64,000 bases of DNA from an uncultured Gemmatimonadaceae bacterium (GTDB taxonomy: Bacteria > Gemmatimonadota > Gemmatimonadetes > Gemmatimonadales > Gemmatimonadaceae): the NCBI GenBank assembly GCA_963790305.1, contig CAWBOC010000010.1, forward strand, positions 409,939 through 473,938, given 5' to 3'. The notes beneath the pieces were generated by a model, which was given only the letters and a program-made list of their open reading frames with translations, was not told the origin of the DNA and made no database searches. The position numbers and the translations under genes were made by a program. Each line of letters starts with the position of its first letter. Within the stretch, counting starts at the first letter, position 1. Below are positions 28,811-39,268 of this stretch, one piece after another.

Positions 28811-28907
28811 GAGGCGCTAGAGGCGCTAGAGGCGCTAAAGGCGCTGAAGGCGCTAGCAACTGCGCGCCTCTAGCGCCTCTAGCGCCTCTAGCGCCTCTAG
28901 CGCCTCT
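28810..28907. repeat. Palindromic element of 9-nt AGAGGCGCT repeats
   Basis: About five AGAGGCGCT-type units then four to five AGCGCCTCT-type units; between convergent genes. Confidence 0.9.
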
Positions 28908-30453
28908 TCACCAAGGGATCTGCGGCGAGCGGTAGTAGTTCACCCCGAGAAAATTCCAGCGAGGCGCGTGCGCCGCGATACGCACACGAAAATCATCCCA
29001 CCGCCGGGCTGACTGCGGAGACCAGCCGACTTCGGAGAGAGCAGGGAGCCGGGGCATCGCCAGGAACTGTACTGCGGTGATGTTGCGCAGCGTCTCGCTC
29101 CAGATCGGCCCTTCCACGCCCACGATATTGCTCTCCGTCACGCCCGCCTGGTACGTGGCCGGATCCCAATTGTAAACGTCACTGACCTCGATGATTGCCG
29201 CCCACGTGAGTCCGAGCTCCGTGGTCGCCGTGTATTTCATGTCGAGGTACGCTTTCTTGGAGGGTGACATGATCAGCTTGGCGCCGGAGCGGAGCGCGAG
29301 GACGGCCGAGTCGCTCTTCCATTGCTGTGCGAGCGTCGTTGGGCGGAGCCGGGCCTTTCCGATCTCCTCCCAACCCACCATCTCCTTCCCGTGCCGTACG
29401 ACGATGTCCTGTACGCGCTCGACGAACTTGATGTAGTCCTCGTGCGTCAGCACCTCGACCTCATCGCCGCCGATGTGGATGTACCGGCCGGGCGTCAGCG
29501 CGGCGAGCTCGCGAATGACGTCGTCGATGAGCGCGTAGGTCTCTTCCTTGTTGGGGCAGAATGCGCTCCAGCCGACCTCGGTGCGCGTGTACAGCGCGGG
29601 GGGAATGCGGCTGCAGCTCAGCTCCGGGTGCGCCACGAGGGCAGCGTTCGTGTGGCCCGGCATGTCGATCTCGGGGACGATCGAGATGTAGCGCTCCTGG
29701 GCGTAGCGAACGATGTCGGCGTACTCTGCCTGCGTGTAGAATCCACCGGGCCCGCCGCCCACCTGCGTCACACTTCCCAGCTCGGCGAGCCGGGGCCGGG
29801 ACTTGATCTCGATTCGCCACCCCTGATCGTCGGCGAGATGCAGGTGCAGGACGTTCAGCTTGTAAAGCGCCAGGATGTCGATGAACTGTTTCACCTCGTC
29901 GACGGTGAAGAAGTGCCTCGCGACATCGAGCATCGAGCCCCGCCATGCGAAGCGCGGCTGATCGACGATGGTCACAGGGGGAACGACCCACGCGCCGTTG
30001 GTGCGCATGTCCGATTCGATCGCCGGTGGCATCAGCTGCCGGAGCGTCTGCATGCCACGGAAGAGGCCCGCCGCGGTACCGCTGATTCGAATCGAGTCAC
30101 GTGTGACGGTGAGCTCGTAGGCCTCGCCGGTCGCGCTGGTGTTCAGTCGGAGCGCGATGGCGCCGGCCCGCGTTGCATCGCCGCCAACGGGAATCGGGTA
30201 TCCCGTCGCCGGCCGCAGCAACGCCGCGAGCATCTCACCCGTTCGCATAACCTCCGCGACGTTCGTGAGCAACGATCGAGGTCGTCGAGTCGAGCCGGAA
30301 TGGCTCGCCCTGGTTCGCTCTGATCGAAACTGGCGCGGGTACGATGGTGTGAGCCGCGCGCGTTGGGGAGACGGCTCCCGGCTGGCGCGGCCCGGGGCAG
30401 CCGGCGAGCGCGAAGCTCAGCACCAAGGCTCCCAGAATGCGGTGAGGGTTCAT
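28908..30453 (-). CDS. GH20 beta-N-acetylhexosaminidase lipoprotein, frameshift near 30270
   Basis: DQPRFAWRGSMLDVARHF, HLHLADDQGWR, PEIDMPGH, HIGGDE; lipobox LAGC in the upstream frame. Confidence 0.9.
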
Positions 30454-30476
30454 GTCGGTACGATACGGGAAACCGT

Positions 30477-30584
30477 GGCGCTGGAAAAGCGCTGAGGTCG
30501 CCGGGCAAGCGCTGAGGGCGCTGGGCAAGCGCTAATGAACCCCAGCGCTATTCCAGCCCTTTTCCAGCGCTACTCCAGCGCCCC
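30477..30584. repeat. Degenerate GCGCT-periodic palindromic element overlapping a gene end
   Basis: GGCGCTGGAAAAGCGCTG...CCAGCGCTATTCCAGCCCTTTTCCAGCGC. Confidence 0.6.
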
Positions 30585-31440
30585 TGGTTCTTCGAAGATC
30601 GATCCATTTAGCGACGGGACCGACCAATGCCAACGCCAGGAACGCCGGCGCCGCATTGAACGCAACTGGCAGTGGCGCTCCCTGATCGGACGCGAAGCGA
30701 ATCAACATCTCCATCACCGCGATCAGGATGGCCACCGTGATCTGCCGCCGCCGCCCGCGCACGATGGTGCGCGGATCGGTGATCATGAAGAAGATGAACA
30801 GCTGGTACATCGGGCCGGTAATCGGGGCGATCTCGGGCAGTACCGGCAAGCCGAGCACGCTCGCCCGCAGGCTGTTCAGGATGAGGAAGCTCGCGACGTA
30901 CGTCAGCGTGATATGCAGCACGCCGACCCGCGCGGCGATGATCAGCCCGAACACCCAGATCACCAGATTGGTGATCACGTCGTTGCCGAACTGGTGGCTG
31001 AGCACCGAGACGCGGTCGGGCGCCAGGAGCAGCAAAGCGGTGACCGCGAAGTTCGTGGGGTTCCACAGGTGGTTGTCGCGATAGCGCAGGACGTACTTCG
31101 ACGAAATCGCGAGGAAGCCGCCGAGGGCGAAGGGCCAGAGCGCACCTCCCTGTGGCTTGACGAGCAGCGTTAGGCTGATCCCACTGATATAGGCGCTGAG
31201 GAGGTTGGCGACCCGGCCGCGGTCGAACACCGACAGCAGCGCCTCGGTCGCCACGCACACGGACAGCGCGAGGAGGAGCCGGTCGTAGCTGCCGAGCATG
31301 TGGTAGCGGAGCTGCGCCGCCACCAGCACCAGCGTGATGAGAAACGCGATGAGGTAGCGCGGATCGAGATGGCGTGCGCGATCCCATGAGGTGACGACGG
31401 CGTTCGGTGGCGCGGCGGTCGCCTGCGTCGCGTCGTTCAT
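30532..31440 (-). CDS. RnfD/NqrB-like (UnbU-type) membrane protein
   Basis: SAYISGISLTLL, AISSKYVLR..HLWNPTNFA, QLFIFFMITDPRT; about 9 TM. Confidence 0.78.
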   Translation of the reverse strand: MNDATQATAAPPNAVVTSWDRARHLDPRYLIAFLITLVLVAAQLRYHMLGSYDRLLLALSVCVATEALLSVFDRGRVANLLSAYISGISLTLLVKPQGGALWPFALGGFLAISSKYVLRYRDNHLWNPTNFAVTALLLLAPDRVSVLSHQFGNDVITNLVIWVFGLIIAARVGVLHITLTYVASFLILNSLRASVLGLPVLPEIAPITGPMYQLFIFFMITDPRTIVRGRRRQITVAILIAVMEMLIRFASDQGAPLPVAFNAAPAFLALALVGPVAKWIDLRRTRGAGVALEKGWNSAGVH

Positions 31441-31444
31441 GGCG

Positions 31445-33208
31445 TCAGCGCTCTGGTTCCGTGACCGTCACGATGCGATCGATCGGTGGGCGTGTCAGGA
31501 TCTGACGCCCTCCCGAAGGCCACTCGATGACGACGCGATCCACCCACTCGCGAGCGCCAAGCCCGAAGTGCAGGCGGCGATCGTTCTGGCTCGCGAACCC
31601 GGATCCACCGTCGACAACCCGCCGCTGCGCCAGATCTCCAGACTCGAGCAGCACCTCTGCGCCAATCGCGCTGCGATTGCTTCGTGTGCCGATGAGGTGG
31701 AAGCCGATCCAGTGGTTGGCGCTGTCGGGATAGCCGCGATAGAGAATGGCGGGCTGGTTCTGGTTCGCGACGATCACGTCGACCGTGCCACGATTCGAGA
31801 AATCGGCGAGCGCCACCGCGCGACCGTCGTAGAGGTCCGTCACGCCGACGTGTTTCGCGACGTCTATCCAGCCGGCGACGCCGCGATTGAGGTACACACG
31901 CGACGGCTCATAGCCGGACAGGCTTGCGTTGCCGAAGGGAGGCCAGGTGGCTGCATCCTCGAAGAAGCGTGCGTTGGCCCCGGCGATCTTCGACATCGAA
32001 TACCAATAGTTCTGCTCACGATTCGCCGAGATGAAGCCGTTGGCGACGAAGAGCTCATTGGTGCCGTCGTTGTTGAGGTCGCCGAACTGTGCACCCCATG
32101 CCCAGCCGGCGTCCGCGATGTCACCCTCGGCGATATTGCGGAAGCGGCCCGCCTCGCGCATTTGATTGAGGCGCAGGTTGTTGTTTTGAAAGAGGTAGCC
32201 CCGCTCGGAGATGTTGGTGACGAACGCGTCGAGGCGGCCGCGGTTGAACGCATCGCCCAGCGTCACCGACATCCCGCTCTTGGATTCGCTCTCGAGGCCG
32301 GCGGTGGTGAGGATGAAGCGTCGCCCGTTGTCGTTCAGGTACAGCTCCTCCGGGCCATAGTCGTTGGCCAGGTAGATGTCGGGCCAGCCGTCGGCGTTGA
32401 AGTCGGCTGATGCCGCCGCCAGCGTCCACCGCGTGCTCCCGACTCCCGCCTTGTCGGTGACGTTTTCGAAGCGCGCGCCGCCCAGGTTGTGAAAGAGGAG
32501 GTTCTTCCCGCCGTTCGTGGCGAACTCGAAGCTGTCGTGCATGATGCGCGTCGTCGTGAGGTGCCACAGATCGACGTCGCGGAAATAGGCCGTGACATAG
32601 AGATCGAGCAGGCCGTCGCGATCGTAGTCGAGCCAGATCGCGCCATTGCTGTTCACCCACCGACGCAGCCCGGCCTGCGTCGTGATGTCGTCGAAGCGAC
32701 GGCCATCGATGTTCCGGTAGAGCGCGAGATACCCGTAACGGTAGACGAGCACGTCTTCGCGACCGTCGTTGTCGATGTCGCCCCAGACCGCGCCCATCGA
32801 CACGCCGTCTCCTGGGCGGTTGACGTCCGCCAGCCCCGCAGCCGTGGCGACATCCTCGAACGTGCCATCGCCGCGGTTGCGGTAGAGCGCGTTAGGCTCG
32901 CCGAAACGGCTGTTGGTGAAATACAGGTCGACGTTGCCGTCGCCATCGAAGTCGGTGACGGACACCGAGGCGCCGAGTGCGGCGACGTGGGGCTCGATCC
33001 CAGCGATCTTCGGGTCGAACGTCGGGCGGCGGTGAACGAAGTGAATGCCGGCGTTCGCGGTCTCATCCTTCAGCACGAACCCCGGGCGCGCGGCATCTGC
33101 GAGCCCGGGGCGCGGCCCGTGGTTCAGCCGCATCGCCAGCAGAAGCGCGGCGACGAAGGGGACGGCCATGATGGCACGCCTAACGCTGGGACGAGGCCGC
33201 TGTGGCAT
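31445..33208 (-). CDS. CRTAC1-like ASPIC/UnbV FG-GAP protein
   Basis: FG-GAP repeats; SNRSAIGAEV..GGSGFASQNDRRLHFGLG..IEWPSG. Confidence 0.88.
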   Translation of the reverse strand: MPQRPRPSVRRAIMAVPFVAALLLAMRLNHGPRPGLADAARPGFVLKDETANAGIHFVHRRPTFDPKIAGIEPHVAALGASVSVTDFDGDGNVDLYFTNSRFGEPNALYRNRGDGTFEDVATAAGLADVNRPGDGVSMGAVWGDIDNDGREDVLVYRYGYLALYRNIDGRRFDDITTQAGLRRWVNSNGAIWLDYDRDGLLDLYVTAYFRDVDLWHLTTTRIMHDSFEFATNGGKNLLFHNLGGARFENVTDKAGVGSTRWTLAAASADFNADGWPDIYLANDYGPEELYLNDNGRRFILTTAGLESESKSGMSVTLGDAFNRGRLDAFVTNISERGYLFQNNNLRLNQMREAGRFRNIAEGDIADAGWAWGAQFGDLNNDGTNELFVANGFISANREQNYWYSMSKIAGANARFFEDAATWPPFGNASLSGYEPSRVYLNRGVAGWIDVAKHVGVTDLYDGRAVALADFSNRGTVDVIVANQNQPAILYRGYPDSANHWIGFHLIGTRSNRSAIGAEVLLESGDLAQRRVVDGGSGFASQNDRRLHFGLGAREWVDRVVIEWPSGGRQILTRPPIDRIVTVTEPER

Positions 33209-33283
33209 ACGTCAGAGTATAGCCTCCGGCCTTTTCGAGCGCGACGGCTCTGTTTCACCCGAGGCCCTTGACGTAGATCGCGA

Positions 33284-34135
33284 GTGAGGTTCACTCATGT
33301 CGCCATGCATCGCATGCTCGCTGCCAGCCTTTCGATCGCCTTCGCGGTCGCCGCCTGCACGACAGCGCCCGGTGGCGCGCCACCGACGGAGTGGACCTTG
33401 GCGTGGAGCGATGAGTTCAGCGGGCCCACGGGTGCGGCCGTCGATCCTGCGAAGTGGGTTGCCGACACCGGAGGGCACGGGTGGGGGAACCAGGAGCGGC
33501 AGTACTACACGCCCGGCCCCGCGAACGCCTCGCTCGACGGAAGCGGACATCTCGTCATCACGGCACGTGTCTCCACGGATTCCTCGCGGCACTGCTGGTA
33601 CGGCGTCTGTGGCTACACCTCAGCGCGGCTCAAGACCAAAGGCCTGTTCGAGGCGACATACGGCCGCTTCGAGGCGCGGATTCGAGTCCCGCGAGGGCAG
33701 GGAATCTGGCCGGCGTTCTGGATGCTCGGCGCCGACATCGATCAGGTGGGCTGGCCGCAATGCGGCGAGATCGACGTGATGGAAAACATCGGCCGGGAGC
33801 CGAGCATCGTACACGGGACGGTGCACGGCCCCGGATACTCGGGCGCCAGTGGGATCAGCGGTGCCTACACGCTGACGAGCGGAGCGTTCGCCGACGACTT
33901 CCACACGTTCGCCGTCGAGTGGTCCGCTAGCGAGATACGCTGGTTGATCGACGGCGCCGAGTACCGGCGCCTCACATCAGCCGGGCTTCCCTCCGGAGCG
34001 CCGTGGGTCTTCAACCACCCGTTCTTCATGCTGCTGAACGTCGCCGTCGGCGGAGCATGGCCGGGCGATCCGGATGCGTCGACGCCACTGCCGCAGCAAA
34101 TGGTGATCGACTACGTGAGAGTTTATAGGCGCTAG
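33284..34135 (+). CDS. GH16 glycoside hydrolase (laminarinase-like) lipoprotein
   Basis: WSDEF, GWGNQERQYY, WPAFWMLG, GEIDVME catalytic motif, LNVAVGG. Confidence 0.92.
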   Translation: MRFTHVAMHRMLAASLSIAFAVAACTTAPGGAPPTEWTLAWSDEFSGPTGAAVDPAKWVADTGGHGWGNQERQYYTPGPANASLDGSGHLVITARVSTDSSRHCWYGVCGYTSARLKTKGLFEATYGRFEARIRVPRGQGIWPAFWMLGADIDQVGWPQCGEIDVMENIGREPSIVHGTVHGPGYSGASGISGAYTLTSGAFADDFHTFAVEWSASEIRWLIDGAEYRRLTSAGLPSGAPWVFNHPFFMLLNVAVGGAWPGDPDASTPLPQQMVIDYVRVYRR

Positions 34136-34231
34136 AGGCGCTAGAGGCGCTAAGGCGCACTGAAGCGCGCTAACGGCGCTGAAGGGGTTCACCCCTGGCG
34201 GCTTCAGCGCCGTCTAGCGCCTTTAGCGCCT
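34127..34231. repeat. Palindromic element of 9-nt AGAGGCGCT-type repeats
   Basis: Supplies the stop codons of both convergent genes. Confidence 0.8.
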
Positions 34232-37200
34232 CACGACGCGAGTATTGTACTCCCTCAAATAGCGCTGGCGCTCCGCGTCAGTCGGATACGCATCACCCGG
34301 CGCGTACGGGTATGCCCGCGCACCATGGAACGGGAGCGGGTGCACCGTGGTGCCGAACGCCGTGTTCAGATCGGAGTCCTTGATCCAGCCGTCGGTGTAC
34401 AGCAGAAAGTCGCGCTTCCAGCCCGGCGGCAGCGAGGCAGCTGAGCTCGCATCGAACTGAATGGTCACTTCGTCGCCCGGCCCCATGATCGCGTACATGT
34501 CATCGCCGGCGCGCAGGAGCGGCAGCACGTCCCCAAAGCGGGTGAACGCACCTTCGATTGGGCGCCAGGGCGACTCCTTCGACAGGTCGTCGTAGTCGAA
34601 CCAGTACGGCCCATAGCGGCCGCCCTTGCGATACATGCGCGAGAACCCGCGGACGTGCAGATCGGCGGACGTCGGCGCGAGCGTCGTGATCTTCGCCGGA
34701 CCATTCGTGAGGTCGCGAGCGACGAACGCCTGGTCCCAGTAGATCTGCATGTTCGTGCGGATGCGTACGTGGCGATCCGAGGTCGGAAATTTCCCCGCCA
34801 GATCGATGACGATCGTCTTGTCCTTGCCGGACGGAAATCCAATGTCGGCCACGCTGCGCCACGTGCCGTTCGCGTCCCGCACCTCGAGCGATGGAGGCGC
34901 GAGCGCGATCGTCCATTGCTGTGACAGCGCGACGTTAATGCTGGCATCGGTCGGATAGATCCATCCGCGCAGGAAGAGATACGTGTCGGGACGGCCGGCG
35001 TCCGGCCCCAGGTCGAGGATGACATGGTGCGGCTCGACCGCTCCCTGGTATTGCATCGGCGTGAGGTTCGACACGAACACATCGTCGGCTTCGCGCAGCG
35101 CCGCCAGCACATCGTTTCCCCCCTCGTCCACCGCCGAACGCGGCGCCGTGCGGCGCGCGATCTGGAAGAGGCGGAGCGAGACCGGTCCGGGAGGGACGAA
35201 GCGCTCGTCCACGAACACGTCCACCGAATCCGGACGGTCGACGGCGACGAGCTTCACCTCATCGGCGTAGGCGGTTTCCCACAGCTCCTCGGTGAGCTGA
35301 ATGACGTAGCGTCCGTCACGCGGCTGGAGGGCATCGCCGGAGATTCGCACGTACTCCTGCGAGGCGCCGGCGGGAGCGAACGCGCTCGTGCTCCCCATGA
35401 GGCCGAGGGGCATTCCCAACGCGCTGCGCCACATGGCATCGGTGACGAAGCGGAAGCGTTTGCCATCCCACGTGTACACGAAGGCGCACGATCCCTTGAG
35501 TAGCTCTTGCTCGACCACATCCTGGTCCGTTCCGGGGAGGTAGACCGTCTGCGGGACGCCGTTAGGCCATTCCACGCGGAGCACGTCGGCCTTGAGGTGA
35601 GGGCCCAGGCCAAAATGCGTCACGCGACCGGTCGCAATGCGTGTCTGATAGATCTCTCCAGCTCGCAGCTCGAGTCTCGCGCCAGTGCCGAACGTGTTGT
35701 TCTTACCGCTCCCAGTACGGAGACCCTTGAGCTCGACGTTCACGGCGAGGTTGCTGTTGCCGAGGTCGTTGCGAAGGAGTCGGGGGGCCCCGCTTCCGTC
35801 GATCAGGACGAGGTCTTCGTCACCATCGTCGTCGACCTCGGACACCGCCAGCGCCAGAACCCCCGCGGCGCGCACGTGCTCGGGTACGATGCTCGATCTA
35901 TCGAGCAGCCTGCCGGTGCCGTCGTTGCGAAGGAAGTGCACGGTGGACGAGCTCGCCGCGGTTCTCGCGGCACCCGCGACGATGAGATCGAGCCAGCCGT
36001 CGTTGTCGTGATCGATGAACGTCGCCGCTGATCCCGATGTTGAACGGAGCGGCTGCAGTGCACCACTCGAGCGGCGATCACGGGTGAACGTGCCGTCTCC
36101 CTCGTTGAGCCAGAGCGCAGGCTCCGTCCCATTCACCGTCGCTACGAAGAGGTCGAGGAAGCCGTCGTTGTTGTAGTCTCCCACCGCTGTTGCACCAGAG
36201 CCCCCATTGCTCCCCAATCCGCTCGCCGCCGTCACGTCGCTGAAGCGCTGGGCGCCCCCGTTACGCAGCAGTGCATCGCTGCCGCGCTCACTGGTGATGA
36301 ACAGGTCGACTCGGCCATCGCCGTCGAAGTCGGCGTACACGGCGTCGCGCGCACCACCGCCGCCAAGACCGAAGCTGGCTGTCGCCTCGGTGAAGGTTCC
36401 GTCGAGATTATTGCGGTAGACGGTGCGCGTCGTGTCGCTCGCGAGAAAAAGGTCGAGATCGCCATCGTGATCGAGATCGACGAACAGCGATCTATGCGAT
36501 CCTCGAACGTCAGCGACTCGCGCTTGCGTCGTCACATCCGCGAACGTGCCATCGCCGCGGTTGCGGAGCAGGCGTCCGCCGCCGTCACCGCCAATGACGA
36601 AGAGATCCAGCCAACCATCGTTGTCGTAGTCCGCGAACGCGGCGTGCTCGCCGCCCTGCGGCAATAGGATGTTCGATCCTTCGGTGACGTCGCGAACGAA
36701 TCCGCCCTGCACGCGATAGAGGCGGCCCGAGAGAAAGAGCTCGTCCGTTCCATCCCCATCGACATCGCCGGCGGCGAGCGCCGTGTTGCGGGGATTTGGA
36801 GCGGAGCGTACGAAGCCGGCTTCGTCACTGGCGTCGGTGAACTTCGCCAGGCCGACCGCCGCTTGCTCGCGCACTCCATGAACGGTGACAAAGGACTTGG
36901 GGGCGAAGGAGAGGATGACCCGGCCGGGAATAGGACCCTCGATCAACCTCACGCCGTCCAGCGACGCCTGATAGGGCGCCGTCCCCTCCATTAACCGGAA
37001 GAAGCGATCGAGCGTTGCCCGCGATTCCGTAGTGTCCCTCGCGCGGAGCAGTTGAATCGATCGCTCGAGAGCCGATCGCGCCTGCGGTGGAAGCGCGGGA
37101 GGCACCCGTCGGACTTCCTCGAGATGCCTGACAGCGCTATCAGCTTCGCCGGTCCTGGCAAATGCCTCGATGAGCTTGAGCCGAACGGCGAGATTCCCAG

Positions 37201-37705
37201 GCTCGATCGCGAGCACCTCCGTGAGCCGACCGCGATATCGGCGGGCAGAGGCACTATCCGCCTGCTGCGCTTCCAGCTCAGCGAGCGCGTACAGCACGCG
37301 CGCATGCGCGGTCGTGTCCCGCTGCAGCTGCTCGAGCTCGGCGCGAGCCTCGCCGGGCCTTCGCGTCAGGGAGTAGAGCCGCGCGAGTGCCAGACGCACC
37401 TCGACATTTCCGGGATCGAGGTCGCGCGCCCTCCGCAGCTGCTCTTCCGCGTCCTCGTATCGAGCGGCCTGCAGGTAGGTGAGTCCGAGGTCGGCGTAGC
37501 CGAGCGGATCGTCGGGGGCAAGATCGGTGAGCTTCTTGAACTGGGCCTCAGCCTCCGGCAACTGGTTTCGCTGGAGATAGCTGAGGCCGAGCATGCGGGT
37601 GGTGTAGAGCTCCTCCACCGGCGCCCGCTCCGGTCGGCACCCGAGCCCGGTGGCCAGCGCCATGCCGAGAATGACAGAGTACCATCGCCAGGGCGTCCGG
37701 ATCAT
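34223..37705 (-). CDS. TPR + FG-GAP + ASPIC/UnbV lipoprotein with conserved C-terminal domain
   Basis: Lipobox GLGC, TPR helices, FG-GAP repeats, THFGLG..VEWPNG, GSCAFVYTWDG, DGWIKDSD. Confidence 0.85.
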   Translation of the reverse strand: MIRTPWRWYSVILGMALATGLGCRPERAPVEELYTTRMLGLSYLQRNQLPEAEAQFKKLTDLAPDDPLGYADLGLTYLQAARYEDAEEQLRRARDLDPGNVEVRLALARLYSLTRRPGEARAELEQLQRDTTAHARVLYALAELEAQQADSASARRYRGRLTEVLAIEPGNLAVRLKLIEAFARTGEADSAVRHLEEVRRVPPALPPQARSALERSIQLLRARDTTESRATLDRFFRLMEGTAPYQASLDGVRLIEGPIPGRVILSFAPKSFVTVHGVREQAAVGLAKFTDASDEAGFVRSAPNPRNTALAAGDVDGDGTDELFLSGRLYRVQGGFVRDVTEGSNILLPQGGEHAAFADYDNDGWLDLFVIGGDGGGRLLRNRGDGTFADVTTQARVADVRGSHRSLFVDLDHDGDLDLFLASDTTRTVYRNNLDGTFTEATASFGLGGGGARDAVYADFDGDGRVDLFITSERGSDALLRNGGAQRFSDVTAASGLGSNGGSGATAVGDYNNDGFLDLFVATVNGTEPALWLNEGDGTFTRDRRSSGALQPLRSTSGSAATFIDHDNDGWLDLIVAGAARTAASSSTVHFLRNDGTGRLLDRSSIVPEHVRAAGVLALAVSEVDDDGDEDLVLIDGSGAPRLLRNDLGNSNLAVNVELKGLRTGSGKNNTFGTGARLELRAGEIYQTRIATGRVTHFGLGPHLKADVLRVEWPNGVPQTVYLPGTDQDVVEQELLKGSCAFVYTWDGKRFRFVTDAMWRSALGMPLGLMGSTSAFAPAGASQEYVRISGDALQPRDGRYVIQLTEELWETAYADEVKLVAVDRPDSVDVFVDERFVPPGPVSLRLFQIARRTAPRSAVDEGGNDVLAALREADDVFVSNLTPMQYQGAVEPHHVILDLGPDAGRPDTYLFLRGWIYPTDASINVALSQQWTIALAPPSLEVRDANGTWRSVADIGFPSGKDKTIVIDLAGKFPTSDRHVRIRTNMQIYWDQAFVARDLTNGPAKITTLAPTSADLHVRGFSRMYRKGGRYGPYWFDYDDLSKESPWRPIEGAFTRFGDVLPLLRAGDDMYAIMGPGDEVTIQFDASSAASLPPGWKRDFLLYTDGWIKDSDLNTAFGTTVHPLPFHGARAYPYAPGDAYPTDAERQRYLREYNTRVVRR

Positions 37706-37836
37706 GCGCTCATTTACGCGACAGAAACCCATAGGGCAAGGAGCAGCGCTGCACACCAGTAAAAGCCAAACCGCTGAGAATCCGTGCGGACGACAGCAAC
37801 GGCAAAGCCGTTTGTTTTTTGCTTTTTGAAGGGAGG

Positions 37837-39253
37837 TTAAGGAACGCGCCTCGCGGCGGCGATCTCGTTGACGGCGTCCCACTGAAAGCGAACGAAGCGG
37901 TGCAGCTCCGCTTCGAGAATGCGCTCCTGGTCGCTGTGCGCGGCGAAGCCCTTGGGGCCATCCTCAATGTCCGTCGCGGGCCCGATGCCGTAGCACTGCA
38001 TCCCTTTCGCGCGCAGGTACGCCATGTCGGTGGCGCCGGTGCTCATCGTCGGCAGCGTCACGGTCTGGTAGTGTTTTGTCACCGCGCGCTCGAGGGCGCG
38101 GAAGGCCTCCGACGTCAGCGGGGCGATGGCGGTCGTCGGTCGGACATCGCGAGCGGCATACGCGACGGTGATCGTGGTGTCGCCGATGACGTTCCGGACC
38201 GTCGTCAGGAAAGCGACCGTGTCCTCCCCGGGCAACATGCGCACGTCGAGCGTCGCCTTGGCCTCGGATGGGATGACGTTCACGCGATAGCCGCCCTGCA
38301 TGATGTTCGGCGAGATCGACGTCCGGATCATCGCCGCGTGACGAGGTTCGTGCGCGCGGAAGTATTCATCGGTCGCTGCGACCTTTGCCTGATCAGAGCC
38401 GATCACCGCCAGGTAGCGCGCCGCGTCGTCCGCCGTGGAGATCGCCGCCATCCGCTGAAAGTACGCGCGCGTAATCTCGTTGAGTCGTACCGGTGTCTTC
38501 CACGCACCGACCTTCGCCACGGCATTGGCAAGGTGCACGACCGCGTTCCCCTGCAGCGGCACCGAGCCGTGACCCGACGGACCGCGCGCGGTGAGCTCGA
38601 TCGCCCGCGGGATCTTCTCCAGCGTCTGCACCGACGCGTACTTCACCTTGCCGCCCACCCGCGACACACTGCCACCCTCGGCGAGGCAATACTCGGCGTC
38701 GATCTTCGCGAAGTGCTCGCGGGCCATGAGCTGGATGCCGACACGCGTGGTGCCTTCCTCACCTGCCTCGGCGAGGAAGATGACGTCGCGATCGAGCGCG
38801 ACGTTCAAGCGCTTGAGCAGGAGCATCATCATGAGCCCGGCCGCGACGTTGTCCTTGTCGTCGACAGCGCCGCGTCCGTAGACGTACCCGCCCGCGCGCG
38901 TGGCGCTGAAGGGTGGATGCGTCCATTTCGCCGGATCGACGTTCACGACGTCGGTATGCCCCATGATCGAGCAGCGGTCGCTTGCTGCCGTTGCCCTTGA
39001 GCCGCGCCACGAGGTTCGGGCGGTGCGGCTCGATGGCGAACATCTCGACCGCGATCCCTTCCTTCTCGAGTACCTGCTTGAGATACTCGGCCGCCTCGCG
39101 CTCCGTGCCCGGCGGATCGGAGGTGTCCATGCGCAGGAGCGCCTGGAAGTGCTGCATCGTCTCTGCCTCGACCTGCGCCCAATTCGGAGCGTTAGGCTGT
39201 TGGGCGACGACGGGCGAGGCGACGAGCAGAGCGAGGTATAAGCCGCGCATCAC
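37837..39253 (-). CDS. M20/M25/M40 metallopeptidase, frameshift near 38968
   Basis: MGHTDVV, YGRGAVDDK, AGEEG, GATDM, AHSDQERI. Confidence 0.88.
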
Positions 39254-39268
39254 AATGTCTCCAATGAA

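Noticed and set aside
30532..37705. Enediyne or other secondary-metabolite cluster
   Set aside because: No PKS, NRPS, thioesterase or precursor peptide seen
37760..37815. c-di-GMP-I riboswitch (GCCAAACC..GGCAAAGCC)
   Set aside because: Poor match to the consensus and on the opposite strand to the flanking genes
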